Assembly (NCBI GenBank): GCA_946403075.1
Contig: CAMIYN010000001.1
Location: 7,014-71,013 of the forward strand
DNA length: 64,000 nucleotides
Source: an uncultured Lachnospiraceae bacterium
GTDB taxonomy: Bacteria; Bacillota; Clostridia; Lachnospirales; Lachnospiraceae
Direction: 5' to 3'
Below the pieces are notes generated by a model. That model had not been told where the DNA came from. It made no database searches and saw nothing but the letters and a program-made list of their open reading frames with translations. Made by a program: the position numbers and the translations under genes. This document shows positions 18,287 through 27,895 of the stretch, one piece after another; the first letter of the stretch is position 1; each line of letters begins with the position of its first letter.

Positions 18287-19949
18287 ATTTTTTCTCCTTA
18301 ATAGCCATATCCTTTAATTCTTTTGCATTTGCCAAAACTGTATCTGTTAAATTTTCATTTGAACCTATAAGTCTACCTATCTCTTTTATCATTCCATCCA
18401 TATCCAAATCTGTGATACTCGTTATTGTTCTATCATTTTCTACAGTTTTCTTTATGACAAAATGGTTGTCAGCCATAGCAGCTATTTGTGGCAAATGTGT
18501 TATACAGATTACTTGATGATTTTTTGATATCTTATTTAATTTTGTCGCAACCTTTCCTGCTGTTATACCACTGATTCCAGCATCTATCTCATCAAATATT
18601 AGAGAACTTGTATTAAAGCTATTTGATAGAATTGTTTTTATTGATAACATTATTCTTGAAAGTTCCCCACCTGATGCAACATCTGATAAATTTCTCATTT
18701 TTTCTCCTGTATTTAGTGAAATATTAAAACTCACATCGTCAAAACCATCAAGTGTAGGATTTTCTTTTTTATCAAAAGAAATATTAAATCGCACATCTAA
18801 AAAACCTAACTCTACCAATTCATTTATCAATTCTTTTTCAAAATTTATTGCTTTCTCTTTTCTTAGGCTGCTTAATTTTTCACACTCAATGTTTAATTTT
18901 TCTTTTATCTCATTTATCTTATTTAAAACATTTTCTTTTTCTGTCTCATAATTTGTAAGGATAGTTAGTCGCTCTTTTTTTTCTTTTAAACTATTAATTG
19001 CTTTTTCTATTGAATTATTATATTTTTGCAAAATATTTCTTATTAGATTTAATCTCTTTGTCACTATATCAAGTCTCTCTTCATCTACATCATATTTACT
19101 TATTGTTCTATCTATCTCTTTTAAATTATCATCAACTATTGACTCTGCATCAAAAAGTGAATCAAGTATCTTTTTTAAACTCTCATCATATTTATTCGCA
19201 GATTTTATCTCCGATATTGCACTGCTTAAATTTGCATTTTCTAAAATCTCTTGTGTCTTGTATAAATTTTCTTTTATATTTTTTGCATTTGATAAAATCT
19301 TAAATTCTTTTTCCAATTCTTCTTCTTCATCTGGTTTAATATTTGCATTTTCCAATTCTTCTATTTCATAACTAAGTAAATCTATTTCCCTTAGTCTCAT
19401 ATTTTCATCCATATTAAAACTTTCATATTTTTTTGTCGTATTTTTTAAATCATTATAAAAAACCTCAATATTTTTTTTATACTTTTCTACGGCTCTACCT
19501 ATATACTCATCTAAAAACTCTATATGTTTTGCATTTTTTCTCAAATCGTCACTATCATGTTGGCCATATATATCTATAAGGAGTTCTGTGACTTCTTTTA
19601 TTTTATTTAGGGTGCAAGGAACATCGTTTATTTTTGCAATATTTTTATCTTTTGTTATTTTTCTATATATGACAATTTTTCCATCTTCATCAATTGAAAT
19701 ATCCATTTGTTTTAATTTTTCCAAAGTGCTTTCATTTTTTTCAGAAAAAACAATTGACACAATGGTGTCTTCATCTTCATTTCGCATAAGTTCCCTACTT
19801 GCTCTCTTTCCAAGTGCAAGATTAATAGAACCTATTAAAATAGATTTTCCACTACCTGTCTCCCCTGTCAATATATTTAGATTATTTCTAAATTCTATGT
19901 TTGCCTCTTTTATGAGTGCAAAATTTTTTACACTTAATTCATCAATCAT
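18279..19949 (-). CDS. recN: DNA repair protein RecN
   Basis: 556 aa. N-terminal LSVKNFALI...LTGETGSGKSI (Walker A), a long coiled coil, and C-terminal ASGGELSRIML...IFDEIDAGISG. Confidence 0.9.
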   Translation of the reverse strand: MIDELSVKNFALIKEANIEFRNNLNILTGETGSGKSILIGSINLALGKRASRELMRNEDEDTIVSIVFSEKNESTLEKLKQMDISIDEDGKIVIYRKITKDKNIAKINDVPCTLNKIKEVTELLIDIYGQHDSDDLRKNAKHIEFLDEYIGRAVEKYKKNIEVFYNDLKNTTKKYESFNMDENMRLREIDLLSYEIEELENANIKPDEEEELEKEFKILSNAKNIKENLYKTQEILENANLSSAISEIKSANKYDESLKKILDSLFDAESIVDDNLKEIDRTISKYDVDEERLDIVTKRLNLIRNILQKYNNSIEKAINSLKEKKERLTILTNYETEKENVLNKINEIKEKLNIECEKLSSLRKEKAINFEKELINELVELGFLDVRFNISFDKKENPTLDGFDDVSFNISLNTGEKMRNLSDVASGGELSRIMLSIKTILSNSFNTSSLIFDEIDAGISGITAGKVATKLNKISKNHQVICITHLPQIAAMADNHFVIKKTVENDRTITSITDLDMDGMIKEIGRLIGSNENLTDTVLANAKELKDMAIKEKKYE

Positions 19950-19957
19950 TTAAGCCT

Positions 19958-20794
19958 CTACAATATTTTTATTCTCGTTATCAAATTTTTATAAAAACTA
20001 TTTTCAGAAAATGTAATAAACGATACTACTTCTTTTGCCTTCTCTATATGTATTTTATCTCCTTTTTTTAACTCTATATCATTTCTACCATCAACCTTAA
20101 CTATTTGTTTATCACTCATCATCTCTATTAAGATTTCTTTTTTATCATCTATAATGATACTCCTATTATTAAAAGCATGAGGACAAATAGGGGTTATCAA
20201 TATGCAGTTTACAGTAGAACTAACTATTGGGCCACCTGCCGAAAAAGAGTAGCCTGTAGAACCAGTAGGACTCGAAATTATAAGACCATCTGCATGATAC
20301 ATATTAAATAGTTTATCATAATCACTAAAATATAAATTATACTTGCCAATGACTCCAACCTCTCCACTCCTTATAGTGAACTCATTTAATGCTATCTCAT
20401 TAAAATTTTTTTTATTGTCATAGTGAATATCACATCTTAGCATTGACCTTTTAATTATATAATAATCCTCTTTTAAAATCTTTTCAAATAAAAAATCTAT
20501 CTCATCTATATTAAATAAGCTTGATAAAAAACCTATATGTCCTATATTTACACCAACTATTGGTATTTTGTATTTTATAGCGAGTTTAGCACATCTTATA
20601 ATAGTGCCGTCCCCACCACAAGCAATTATAACCTTTATATCACTTCCTATAAAATTTTTTTTTCCTATATTATCTATTTCAATCAAATCAAAAATATCAA
20701 TATCTATTTTATACTTTTTTGAAACGGATAACAACTTTTCTTTTGTTTTTATTTTTAATTTATTATTATTATCAATCACACATAAAAATTTCAT
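19958..20794 (-). CDS. nadK: NAD kinase
   Basis: IIACGGDGTIIR, NIGHIGFL and ISSPTGSTGYSFSAGGP motifs. Confidence 0.85.
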   Translation of the reverse strand: MKFLCVIDNNNKLKIKTKEKLLSVSKKYKIDIDIFDLIEIDNIGKKNFIGSDIKVIIACGGDGTIIRCAKLAIKYKIPIVGVNIGHIGFLSSLFNIDEIDFLFEKILKEDYYIIKRSMLRCDIHYDNKKNFNEIALNEFTIRSGEVGVIGKYNLYFSDYDKLFNMYHADGLIISSPTGSTGYSFSAGGPIVSSTVNCILITPICPHAFNNRSIIIDDKKEILIEMMSDKQIVKVDGRNDIELKKGDKIHIEKAKEVVSFITFSENSFYKNLITRIKIL

Positions 20795-21615
20795 TATCTA
20801 TCTCCCAACTCTTTATCTGCCAAATCTACTATTTCTCTTACTCTATTATCTATATCTATGCTATTTGTTACTCCTTTTTCTATATATAATAAATACTCTA
20901 TGTTTCCTTTTGCACCTTTTATCGGTGAATATTCCAATCCAAGTATACTATAATTTAACTCTTTACACAAATTTATTATTTTTTTTATTACTTCTATATG
21001 TAAATTTTTATCTCTTATTACCCCATTTCCTACATTTTCTCTACCAACTTCAAACTGTGGCTTAATTAATAAAACTGCCTTTGCTGTATCATTAATAATA
21101 CTGTCAACTGCCCCTATTAGTTTTGCTATAGAAATAAAACTAACATCCATAGTCATAAAACTTATATCATCATTGATTATTTCTCTATTTAAATATCTTG
21201 CATTTAAGTTTTCGTATAACTCCACTCTCTCATCAAGTCTAAGTTTATATGCAAGCTGGTTCGTGCCACAATCTACTGCATATACTTTTTTTGCACCATT
21301 TTGAAGCATACAGTCTGTGAAACCGCCAGTTGAAGAACCTATATCTATACAAATCTTGTTTTTTAAATCAATATCAAAGTTTTTAATTGCTTTTTCCAAT
21401 TTAAACCCTGCCCTACTCACATATGGAATATCTTTTCCTCTAAATTCGATGACTGAATCTCTATGTATTAAGCTACCTGCTTTATCTTCTTTTTGATTAT
21501 TTACATATATGAGACCTTCCATTATAGCAATTTTTGCTCTCTCTCTACTATCAAAAAAGCCTCTCTCAACCAAAAGCAAATCAAGCCTTTCTTTTTTTTT
21601 ATTTTTATCTATCAT
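20794..21615 (-). CDS. tlyA: TlyA-family rRNA 2'-O-methyltransferase (S4 domain + FtsJ-like)
   Basis: RLDLLLVERGFFDSRERAK..., YVSRAGFKLEKAI, DIGSSTGGFTDCMLQNGAKKVYAVD. Confidence 0.85.
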   Translation of the reverse strand: MIDKNKKKERLDLLLVERGFFDSRERAKIAIMEGLIYVNNQKEDKAGSLIHRDSVIEFRGKDIPYVSRAGFKLEKAIKNFDIDLKNKICIDIGSSTGGFTDCMLQNGAKKVYAVDCGTNQLAYKLRLDERVELYENLNARYLNREIINDDISFMTMDVSFISIAKLIGAVDSIINDTAKAVLLIKPQFEVGRENVGNGVIRDKNLHIEVIKKIINLCKELNYSILGLEYSPIKGAKGNIEYLLYIEKGVTNSIDIDNRVREIVDLADKELGDR

Positions 21616-22709
21616 TTATCTCTATCCATTATAAAGTTTATAAAAAATTTATAAAAATTTAATTTATATTTATTTACACTTTTCAAATTATCTATATTAA
21701 TATTTATATTCTCTTTTATTTTTTTAATTTTATCTCTTGTTTTTTCTGTCCCAAGTTTTTTAGCAAGTGTAAGTTTATGATTATTTGCATCAGAATTTGT
21801 TTTTTTGCCGATTATTTTTTCATCTCCAACTATTTCAAGTAAGTCATCAATTAACTGATATGAAAAACCTACATCTGTTGCAATTTTTTTTATTAAATCA
21901 ACATTTTCTTTATCATCATTTTTTGAAAATATTATACCAATCAAAAATGCAGCCAAAATCAACTTACCAGTTTTTTTATCATACATATATTTTAAAGAAT
22001 CAATATCTATATCTTTGCCTGTGTAATAAACATCAAGTAATTCTCCATATATCATTCCATTATATCCAGTAAAATCACTCAACATAAAATTTGCTCTATC
22101 AATTTTATTCATTAATTCAAAAAAATATTCTCTATTTATATTTTTATTAATTGCAATATTATTTTTAATATAGTTTATATTATTAAAAGCCTCTGCAAGT
22201 AATGCATCCCCTGCAAGTATCCCAAAACTCTCTCCATACTTTTTCCATGTGCTCTCTTTTCCTCTTCTAATCTCATCATTATCAATCGCTGGCAAATCAT
22301 CATGTATCAAACTAAATGTATGTATCATTTCTATTGATAACATAAAATGTTCTATCACTTGTATATCAAAAAAATCAAATATATAACTATTTAAAAATAT
22401 AAAAATTGGTCTTAATTTTTTACTTGAAGTAATGACTGAATATTCTATTATTTTATATAAAAACTCATTTTTTTCATTTTTATCACTGAATTTCAAAAAA
22501 AACAATTTATTAAAATAATCTAAAAATAATTTAAAAAATGACTCTAAAATCTCTGTTTTCTTTTTATCATTAGTAGTATCTATAAAATATTTTATATTTT
22601 CATCTAAATAATTAACAACTCTATCTCTTTCAATAATTTCACAATCAAAATATGTATATTTAAATATATTTAAATCTTCATTTGAGTTTTTTTCATTACT
22701 CAATTCCAT
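21612..22709 (-). CDS. ispA: Polyprenyl (farnesyl/geranylgeranyl) diphosphate synthase with N-terminal extension
   Basis: FSLIHDDLPAIDNDEIRRGK (first DDxxD) and YQLIDDLLE (second). About 70 extra N-terminal residues compared with typical IspA. Confidence 0.75.
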   Translation of the reverse strand: MELSNEKNSNEDLNIFKYTYFDCEIIERDRVVNYLDENIKYFIDTTNDKKKTEILESFFKLFLDYFNKLFFLKFSDKNEKNEFLYKIIEYSVITSSKKLRPIFIFLNSYIFDFFDIQVIEHFMLSIEMIHTFSLIHDDLPAIDNDEIRRGKESTWKKYGESFGILAGDALLAEAFNNINYIKNNIAINKNINREYFFELMNKIDRANFMLSDFTGYNGMIYGELLDVYYTGKDIDIDSLKYMYDKKTGKLILAAFLIGIIFSKNDDKENVDLIKKIATDVGFSYQLIDDLLEIVGDEKIIGKKTNSDANNHKLTLAKKLGTEKTRDKIKKIKENININIDNLKSVNKYKLNFYKFFINFIMDRDK

Positions 22710-22911
22710 TATCTATAACCTCTAATTTTTTTTCTACTCTATCAATTATCTTTTTTGCATCTTTTACGAGTTTTGCTCCCATCTCATAATACTTAATGCT
22801 ATCTTCAAGCCCACACTTATCACTTTCAAGTTTTTTTATTAACTCATCTAATTTTTTAAAAGTTTCCTCAATATTACCTTTTTCAATATTTTTAGTTTTT
22901 AGATTTCTCAT
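22696..22911 (-). CDS. xseB: Exodeoxyribonuclease VII small subunit
   Basis: 71 aa. FEETFKKLDELIKKLES....LEDSIKYYEMGAKL is the XseB pattern, in the conserved position before ispA. Confidence 0.8.
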   Translation of the reverse strand: MRNLKTKNIEKGNIEETFKKLDELIKKLESDKCGLEDSIKYYEMGAKLVKDAKKIIDRVEKKLEVIDNGIE

Positions 22912-22954
22912 AACCTTACTCCTTTTTCATCAATGATTCTTATTATAGTTAAAT

Positions 22955-23153
22955 GGGCTCGTGATGCTTCGCCCCTACGATTAACTCTACTTTCTTGCTT
23001 CGGGCTCGTTTAGGGCTCCCACTGGTTCGCCCCTACGGCCCCTACGGTTAACTCTACTATCTTGCTATAGGCTCGTGATGCTTCGCCCCTACATTTTTGG
23101 GTTCGTCCCTACGACTAACTCTACCATCTTGCTTCGGGCTCGCGGTCTCCTAC
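22955..23153. repeat. Array of about five GC-rich repeat units filling the xseA-xseB intergenic gap
   Basis: Cores at 22955-22978 (GGGCTCGTGATGCTTCGCCCCTAC), 23013-23036 (GGGCTCCCACTGGTTCGCCCCTAC + GGCCCCTAC) and 23070-23092. Diverged copies at 23098-23135 and 23136-23153. Linkers are GATTAACTCTAC(T/A)(T/A)TCTTGCT. Confidence 0.9.
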
Positions 23154-23166
23154 GAAACCTACAATA

Positions 23167-24372
23167 TTACTTCGCAGCTATATTCTTTTTCTTTATTTTA
23201 TCAACAATACTTGTCGCTACTCCATCTTTAAAAATTAATTTTAGTTTATCACCTTTTTTTATTTTCTTTACTGTTGACACATAATCGTTATTATGAGTTA
23301 CATATGCCATCCCATTTTTTAAATTATTTAATGGATTAGAATATTTTATTTTGTTTGACAACATTTCTAACACATTTTTTGTATTTTCAAATTTTCTAAA
23401 AAATAAATTTCTTATTTTTTCATTTTTAAATAAAAGTGTAGATTTTTTTTCTCTAATTTTTGAAAGTGGGGAAAATCCATTTAATTGTTGTTCATATATG
23501 TCTATTTGCTCATTATAGTTTTCAATTTTTCCATTCACTATATCTTTCATATCTAAAATATACTCATCATATGTATTCATCAATTCTTTATAGTCAAATG
23601 TTGCAATATTTCCTGCGGCTGTTGGTGTCGCTACACGGATATCTGCAACCATATCCGCAATGGTTATATCTATTTCATGCCCTACTGCTGATATTATAGG
23701 AGTTTTTGCATTAAATATAGCATAAGCAACTTCCACTGCATTAAAACAATTCAAATCATCTTTTGAGCCGCCACCTCTACCAACAATTATAACATCAAGC
23801 CCCATAGCATCCAAAGTTTTTATTCCTTGAACTATGCTGTCCTTTGACTTATCTCCTTGCACAATAGCAGGATATAAAACTGCTCTCACATAAGGGTTTT
23901 TATCAAGCATAGTCTTCATTATATCTTTTATGGCTGCACCATTTTTTGCCGTGACTATACCTACATTATTTGCATATTTAGGAATTTCTTTTTTATACAT
24001 AGGGTCAAACATCCCTCTTTCATACAACTCTCTCTTTAACTTTTCAAGTTCTTCATAAAATTTTCCAAGCCCTACATTTTCTAACTCATTTACATATATG
24101 GCATATCTCCCCTGTTTTTCATATACAGAGACTCTACCTTTTATTTTTACAGAAACTCCTTCTCTCAATATGTCTTGATTAAAATTTATTGTATTTGCAA
24201 AAATAATGCAAGCTACACTTGCATTATCATCCTTTAAACTAAAATAATAATTGCCGTAGGACAATTTTAAATTTGATATTTCACCTTCAACCAAAACATT
24301 TTTTAAAATATAATCATCATTAATTATATTTTTTATATAATTGTTTAATTCAGTTACTGTTAATGTTTTCAT
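23167..24372 (-). CDS. xseA: Exodeoxyribonuclease VII large subunit
   Basis: LTVTELNNYIKNII...VEGEISN (OB fold), GRGGGSKDDL, and a C-terminal coiled coil. Start placed at ATG 24372 (MKTLTV). Confidence 0.9.
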   Translation of the reverse strand: MKTLTVTELNNYIKNIINDDYILKNVLVEGEISNLKLSYGNYYFSLKDDNASVACIIFANTINFNQDILREGVSVKIKGRVSVYEKQGRYAIYVNELENVGLGKFYEELEKLKRELYERGMFDPMYKKEIPKYANNVGIVTAKNGAAIKDIMKTMLDKNPYVRAVLYPAIVQGDKSKDSIVQGIKTLDAMGLDVIIVGRGGGSKDDLNCFNAVEVAYAIFNAKTPIISAVGHEIDITIADMVADIRVATPTAAGNIATFDYKELMNTYDEYILDMKDIVNGKIENYNEQIDIYEQQLNGFSPLSKIREKKSTLLFKNEKIRNLFFRKFENTKNVLEMLSNKIKYSNPLNNLKNGMAYVTHNNDYVSTVKKIKKGDKLKLIFKDGVATSIVDKIKKKNIAAK

Positions 24373-24904
24373 TACTTTTATATACAGTTCCCAATATGCC
24401 ATTTATAAATTTGTCTGCTCTATCATCCATCCCATACACCTTTGCAAGAAGCACAGCTTCATTTATTGGTATATTTATATCTTTTATATTTTCATCAAAA
24501 TACATTTCATAAACTGCTATCATAAGTATATACTTTTCACATCTTGGTATATGATTTATATTCCACCCTTTTAAATTTTTTGTAAGTATTTCTAATATTT
24601 CTTTTTCTCTTTCATAAAAATTTTTCAAAAATATTTTAATTCTATTGTATAGGGAATCCATACATACTTCTTTTAAATTCTTTTTATCTTTTTCTTTTAT
24701 AGAATAATTTAGATGCCCATCTTTTTTATAAACATCAAAATATTTGATTGACAAATCACCTGTATACTCATTTTTGTATTCTTTATCTTCATATGGTAAA
24801 TTTATAAAATATTTATCAAGCAATTCATCCAAATTATAATCATTATAAAAAGAGAGCATAACCAAAATTTTTAGTTTATGGTCTCTTATCTCTCTTTCTT
24901 GCAT
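24350..24904 (-). CDS. nusB: Transcription antitermination factor NusB (N-terminally extended)
   Basis: C-terminal ILMIAVYEMYF...INEAVLLAKVYG.D...KFINGILG is the NusB signature. Confidence 0.8.
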   Translation of the reverse strand: MQEREIRDHKLKILVMLSFYNDYNLDELLDKYFINLPYEDKEYKNEYTGDLSIKYFDVYKKDGHLNYSIKEKDKKNLKEVCMDSLYNRIKIFLKNFYEREKEILEILTKNLKGWNINHIPRCEKYILMIAVYEMYFDENIKDINIPINEAVLLAKVYGMDDRADKFINGILGTVYKSNENINSN

Positions 24905-25251
24905 TATTCACTCACTTTTACATCATCAACTTTTATGTCTATAGAGCTTACTTCAATGTCAAGCATAGATTCAAGGGATTCGAGTATTTTTTCTTGTATT
25001 AAAGTGCAAGTTGATTGTATGTCATACCCTTGTTTTATTACAACACCAAGTTTTATCTCTATGCCATTTTCAGTTTTTTCTATTGAAATTCCCTTTTTTA
25101 GACTATTAGTCTCCATAAATGGCAGTATAGATTTTGTCATCCCACCAGATAAATGGGAAACTCCTTCAACAGAAGTAGCACTTATACCTGCTATCACTGC
25201 CATACAATCATCAGCTATTTGGACATTGCTTACCATACCATTATCTATCAT
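24904..25251 (-). CDS. Asp23/Gls24 family envelope stress protein
   Basis: 115 aa. ...IADDCMAVIAGISATSVEGVSHL... and the C-terminal ...VSSIDIKVDDV fit Asp23. Confidence 0.8.
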   Translation of the reverse strand: MIDNGMVSNVQIADDCMAVIAGISATSVEGVSHLSGGMTKSILPFMETNSLKKGISIEKTENGIEIKLGVVIKQGYDIQSTCTLIQEKILESLESMLDIEVSSIDIKVDDVKVSE

Positions 25252-25521
25252 ACGAAACTCCTTTTCTTTTAAGCTATTTATATAATACTACAAAAATTTT
25301 AATCTATAAGCCAATCTATTATTTTTTCTTTTTCTCACTACCACCAAAATCATTTATGAGTTTTTCACAATTTGTAAAATCAATACTCATAATTTCCCCT
25401 TTCGTTTGTTCTTAATAGTTTATCATATTTTATATATTTTGTTAATATTTTACACAAAGAAAAATAATGGTAAATAGCTAAATACTATATTAATTATTTG
25501 TTTTCATAAAAACATAGGTCT

Positions 25522-27549
25522 TTATACATCCATTATTATTGGTATAATTAGTGGCTCTCTTTTTATCGTTCTCCACAAATAATTACTAACTGCAGAAATA
25601 ATTTCTGTTTTTATTTTTTTCCAATCATTTTCACCATTATGTCTAAGTTCATTCAAAACATTTTTTACCACATCTTTAACCCCATTTATCAAATCAGTAG
25701 ATTCCTTCATAAATATAAATCCCTTTGATATGACATCTGGACCTGATACCAAATCAGATGAACGATGAGAAAGTGCCATAGCAATTATCAAAATTCCACT
25801 ATTTGCGAGATTTTGCCTATCTTTTAATACAATATTTCCTACATCTCCCACACCAAGTCCGTCTACATATATACCTCCTGCTTGGACTTTTGATATAATT
25901 TTTGCAGAAGCATTGCTAAGTTCAAGCACATCCCCTTGTTCTATCACAAGACAATTTTCATGTTTAACCCCCACAGACTCAGCAAGATTTGCAGCCTCCA
26001 ATCTATGCCTATACTCACCATGTATTGGTATTGCATATTTAGGGGAAATTAAAGTGTATATCAATTTTATCTCTTCTGCACATGCATGTCCTGACACATG
26101 AGTATCTTGGAAAATTACTTTTGCATGTCTCCTTGATACTTCATTTATTATTTTTGCCACTGATTTTTCATTACCTGGTATTGGCGATGATGAAAGTATC
26201 ACAACATCACCAGCCTGTATATTTAATTTCTTGTGTGTTCCATTTGCCATCCTTGATAATGCAGCCATCGATTCACCTTGTGAGCCAGTCGTTATTATAA
26301 CCGTTTTTTCAAGTGGATAGTTTTTTAGCATATCTGTATCAATCAAAATTCCCTTTTCTATATTTATATAACCAAGCTCTGTTGCTATATTGATTATGTT
26401 TAACATACTTCTACCCTCTATTGCAACTTTCCTACCATATTTAGCTGCCGTTGCAATTACCTGCCTAACTCTATCAACATTTGAAGCAAAAGTTGCAACT
26501 ATGATTCTATCTTTGTAGTGTTCATTAAAAATTGCATCAAAGGTTTTACCAACCACTCTTTCACTCATAGTAAATCCTGGCTTTGTAGCATTGGTAGAAT
26601 CAGAAAGCAATGCCAAAACTCCCATCCTACCTATCTCAGCAAAATGCTTTAAATCTATAGCATCACCAAATACGGGTGTGTAGTCAACTTTAAAATCTCC
26701 TGTATGCATAATTATTCCTGCGGGGGTATAAATGGCGAGAGCACAAGAATCAACAATGCTATGATTTGTTTTTACAAACTCTACATACATCGTTCCAAAT
26801 TTTACGATATCTCCAAAATCAACCTTATTTAACTCAACATTTGTGAGCTTATGTTCTTTTAATTTCCCTTCAATGAGCGCAATAGTTAATTTTGTACCAT
26901 ATATTGGAACATTTAGTTCTTTCATTATATAAGGTATTGCACCTATGTGGTCTTCATGTCCGTGTGTTAACACAAGTCCTTTTACTTTTTCTCTATGTTG
27001 TTTTAAGTATGTAACATCTGGTATAACCAAATCTATTCCAAGTAAATCTTCATTTGGAAAAGACAAACCACAATCAATTATCACTATATCTTTTTCATTT
27101 TCCAAAATAGTTATATTCATACCTATTTCTTCAAGTCCACCAAGTGAAATAATCTTGATTTTTTCAGTTGGGTCAGCCTGAAAACCTGACAAAAAGTTTC
27201 TATTTTGCATATTGTATTTATCTTTTAATTCATTTTTATTTTGATGTGTTTTTTTGAAAACTGAAGTTGTATCAGCTCTCAAATTACTTTCTTCATATTT
27301 TTTTGCTTCATCAAAAACTGTATTTTGCTTATGACTATTTTTAACCCCTTTACCTATCTTATCATTTAGCTTTCTACTGCTTTTAACATCTCGCATCACT
27401 CTTTCTACTCTCCCAGTTTTTTTAACTTCTTTTACTTCCTTTTCACTATTATTACTCAAATTAAGCATATTATTATTAAAAAACTCATCTATCGATACTT
27501 TTTTTGATATGCTTGGGTTTGTATTCATATTATTTTTTTCAGGTATCAT
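25522..27549 (-). CDS. rnj: Ribonuclease J with ~125-aa Lys/Asn-rich N-terminal extension
   Basis: The canonical part starts at KIKIISLGGLEEIGMN. LTHGHEDHIGAIPY metallo-beta-lactamase/beta-CASP motifs are present. Confidence 0.9.
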   Translation of the reverse strand: MIPEKNNMNTNPSISKKVSIDEFFNNNMLNLSNNSEKEVKEVKKTGRVERVMRDVKSSRKLNDKIGKGVKNSHKQNTVFDEAKKYEESNLRADTTSVFKKTHQNKNELKDKYNMQNRNFLSGFQADPTEKIKIISLGGLEEIGMNITILENEKDIVIIDCGLSFPNEDLLGIDLVIPDVTYLKQHREKVKGLVLTHGHEDHIGAIPYIMKELNVPIYGTKLTIALIEGKLKEHKLTNVELNKVDFGDIVKFGTMYVEFVKTNHSIVDSCALAIYTPAGIIMHTGDFKVDYTPVFGDAIDLKHFAEIGRMGVLALLSDSTNATKPGFTMSERVVGKTFDAIFNEHYKDRIIVATFASNVDRVRQVIATAAKYGRKVAIEGRSMLNIINIATELGYINIEKGILIDTDMLKNYPLEKTVIITTGSQGESMAALSRMANGTHKKLNIQAGDVVILSSSPIPGNEKSVAKIINEVSRRHAKVIFQDTHVSGHACAEEIKLIYTLISPKYAIPIHGEYRHRLEAANLAESVGVKHENCLVIEQGDVLELSNASAKIISKVQAGGIYVDGLGVGDVGNIVLKDRQNLANSGILIIAMALSHRSSDLVSGPDVISKGFIFMKESTDLINGVKDVVKNVLNELRHNGENDWKKIKTEIISAVSNYLWRTIKREPLIIPIIMDV

Positions 27550-27635
27550 TTTTTATATCTCCCTTTTATAAATATTTTTTATTTATTTTTTTACATAAAC
27601 ACCATACAAATTATGCTATTTACTATTTTTCAACA

Positions 27636-27886
27636 AGGTTCGCACCTATAATTAACACTACTATCTTACTATGGGCTCGCGATGCTTCGCCCCTACGATT
27701 AACTCTACTATCTTACTACGGGCTCGCGATGCTTCGCCCCTACAGACAACTCTGCTGTCTTACTACGGGCTCGTTTAGGGCTCCCACTGGTTCGCCCCTA
27801 CGGTCCCTACGATTAACTCTACTTTCTTGCTTATGAGCTCAAGGGACTTCCTATCGGTAGACAAGCCACCCTACGACAACATCCTG
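27636..27886. repeat. Array of GC-rich repeat units between rnj and the DUF1292 gene
   Basis: Perfect cores GGGCTCGCGATGCTTCGCCCCTAC at 27673-27696 and 27720-27743 (47-nt period). A type-b core GGGCTCCCACTGGTTCGCCCCTAC sits at 27778-27801. A partial copy is at 27636-27672 and a drifted copy GAGCTCAAGGGACTTCCTATCGGTAG.. at 27835-27886. Confidence 0.9.
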
Positions 27887-27895
27887 TAATATATA

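Noticed and set aside
23013-23045. tRNA-like T-arm resemblance (GGTTCGCCCC) in the type-b core, suggesting a tRNA-derived SINE-like element or tRNA gene.
   Set aside because: No acceptor, D or anticodon arms can be drawn, and there is no CCA or matching 5' half. The similarity is limited to ~8 nt.
27636-27886. CRISPR-like appearance of the GC-rich arrays (24-nt repeat alternating with ~23-nt 'spacers'); the same applies at 22955-23153 and 31717-31856.
   Set aside because: The 'spacers' are themselves conserved between units and between loci, so they are linkers rather than unique spacers. They are too short, arrays have only 3-5 units, copies occur inside ORFs, and no cas genes or leader are present.
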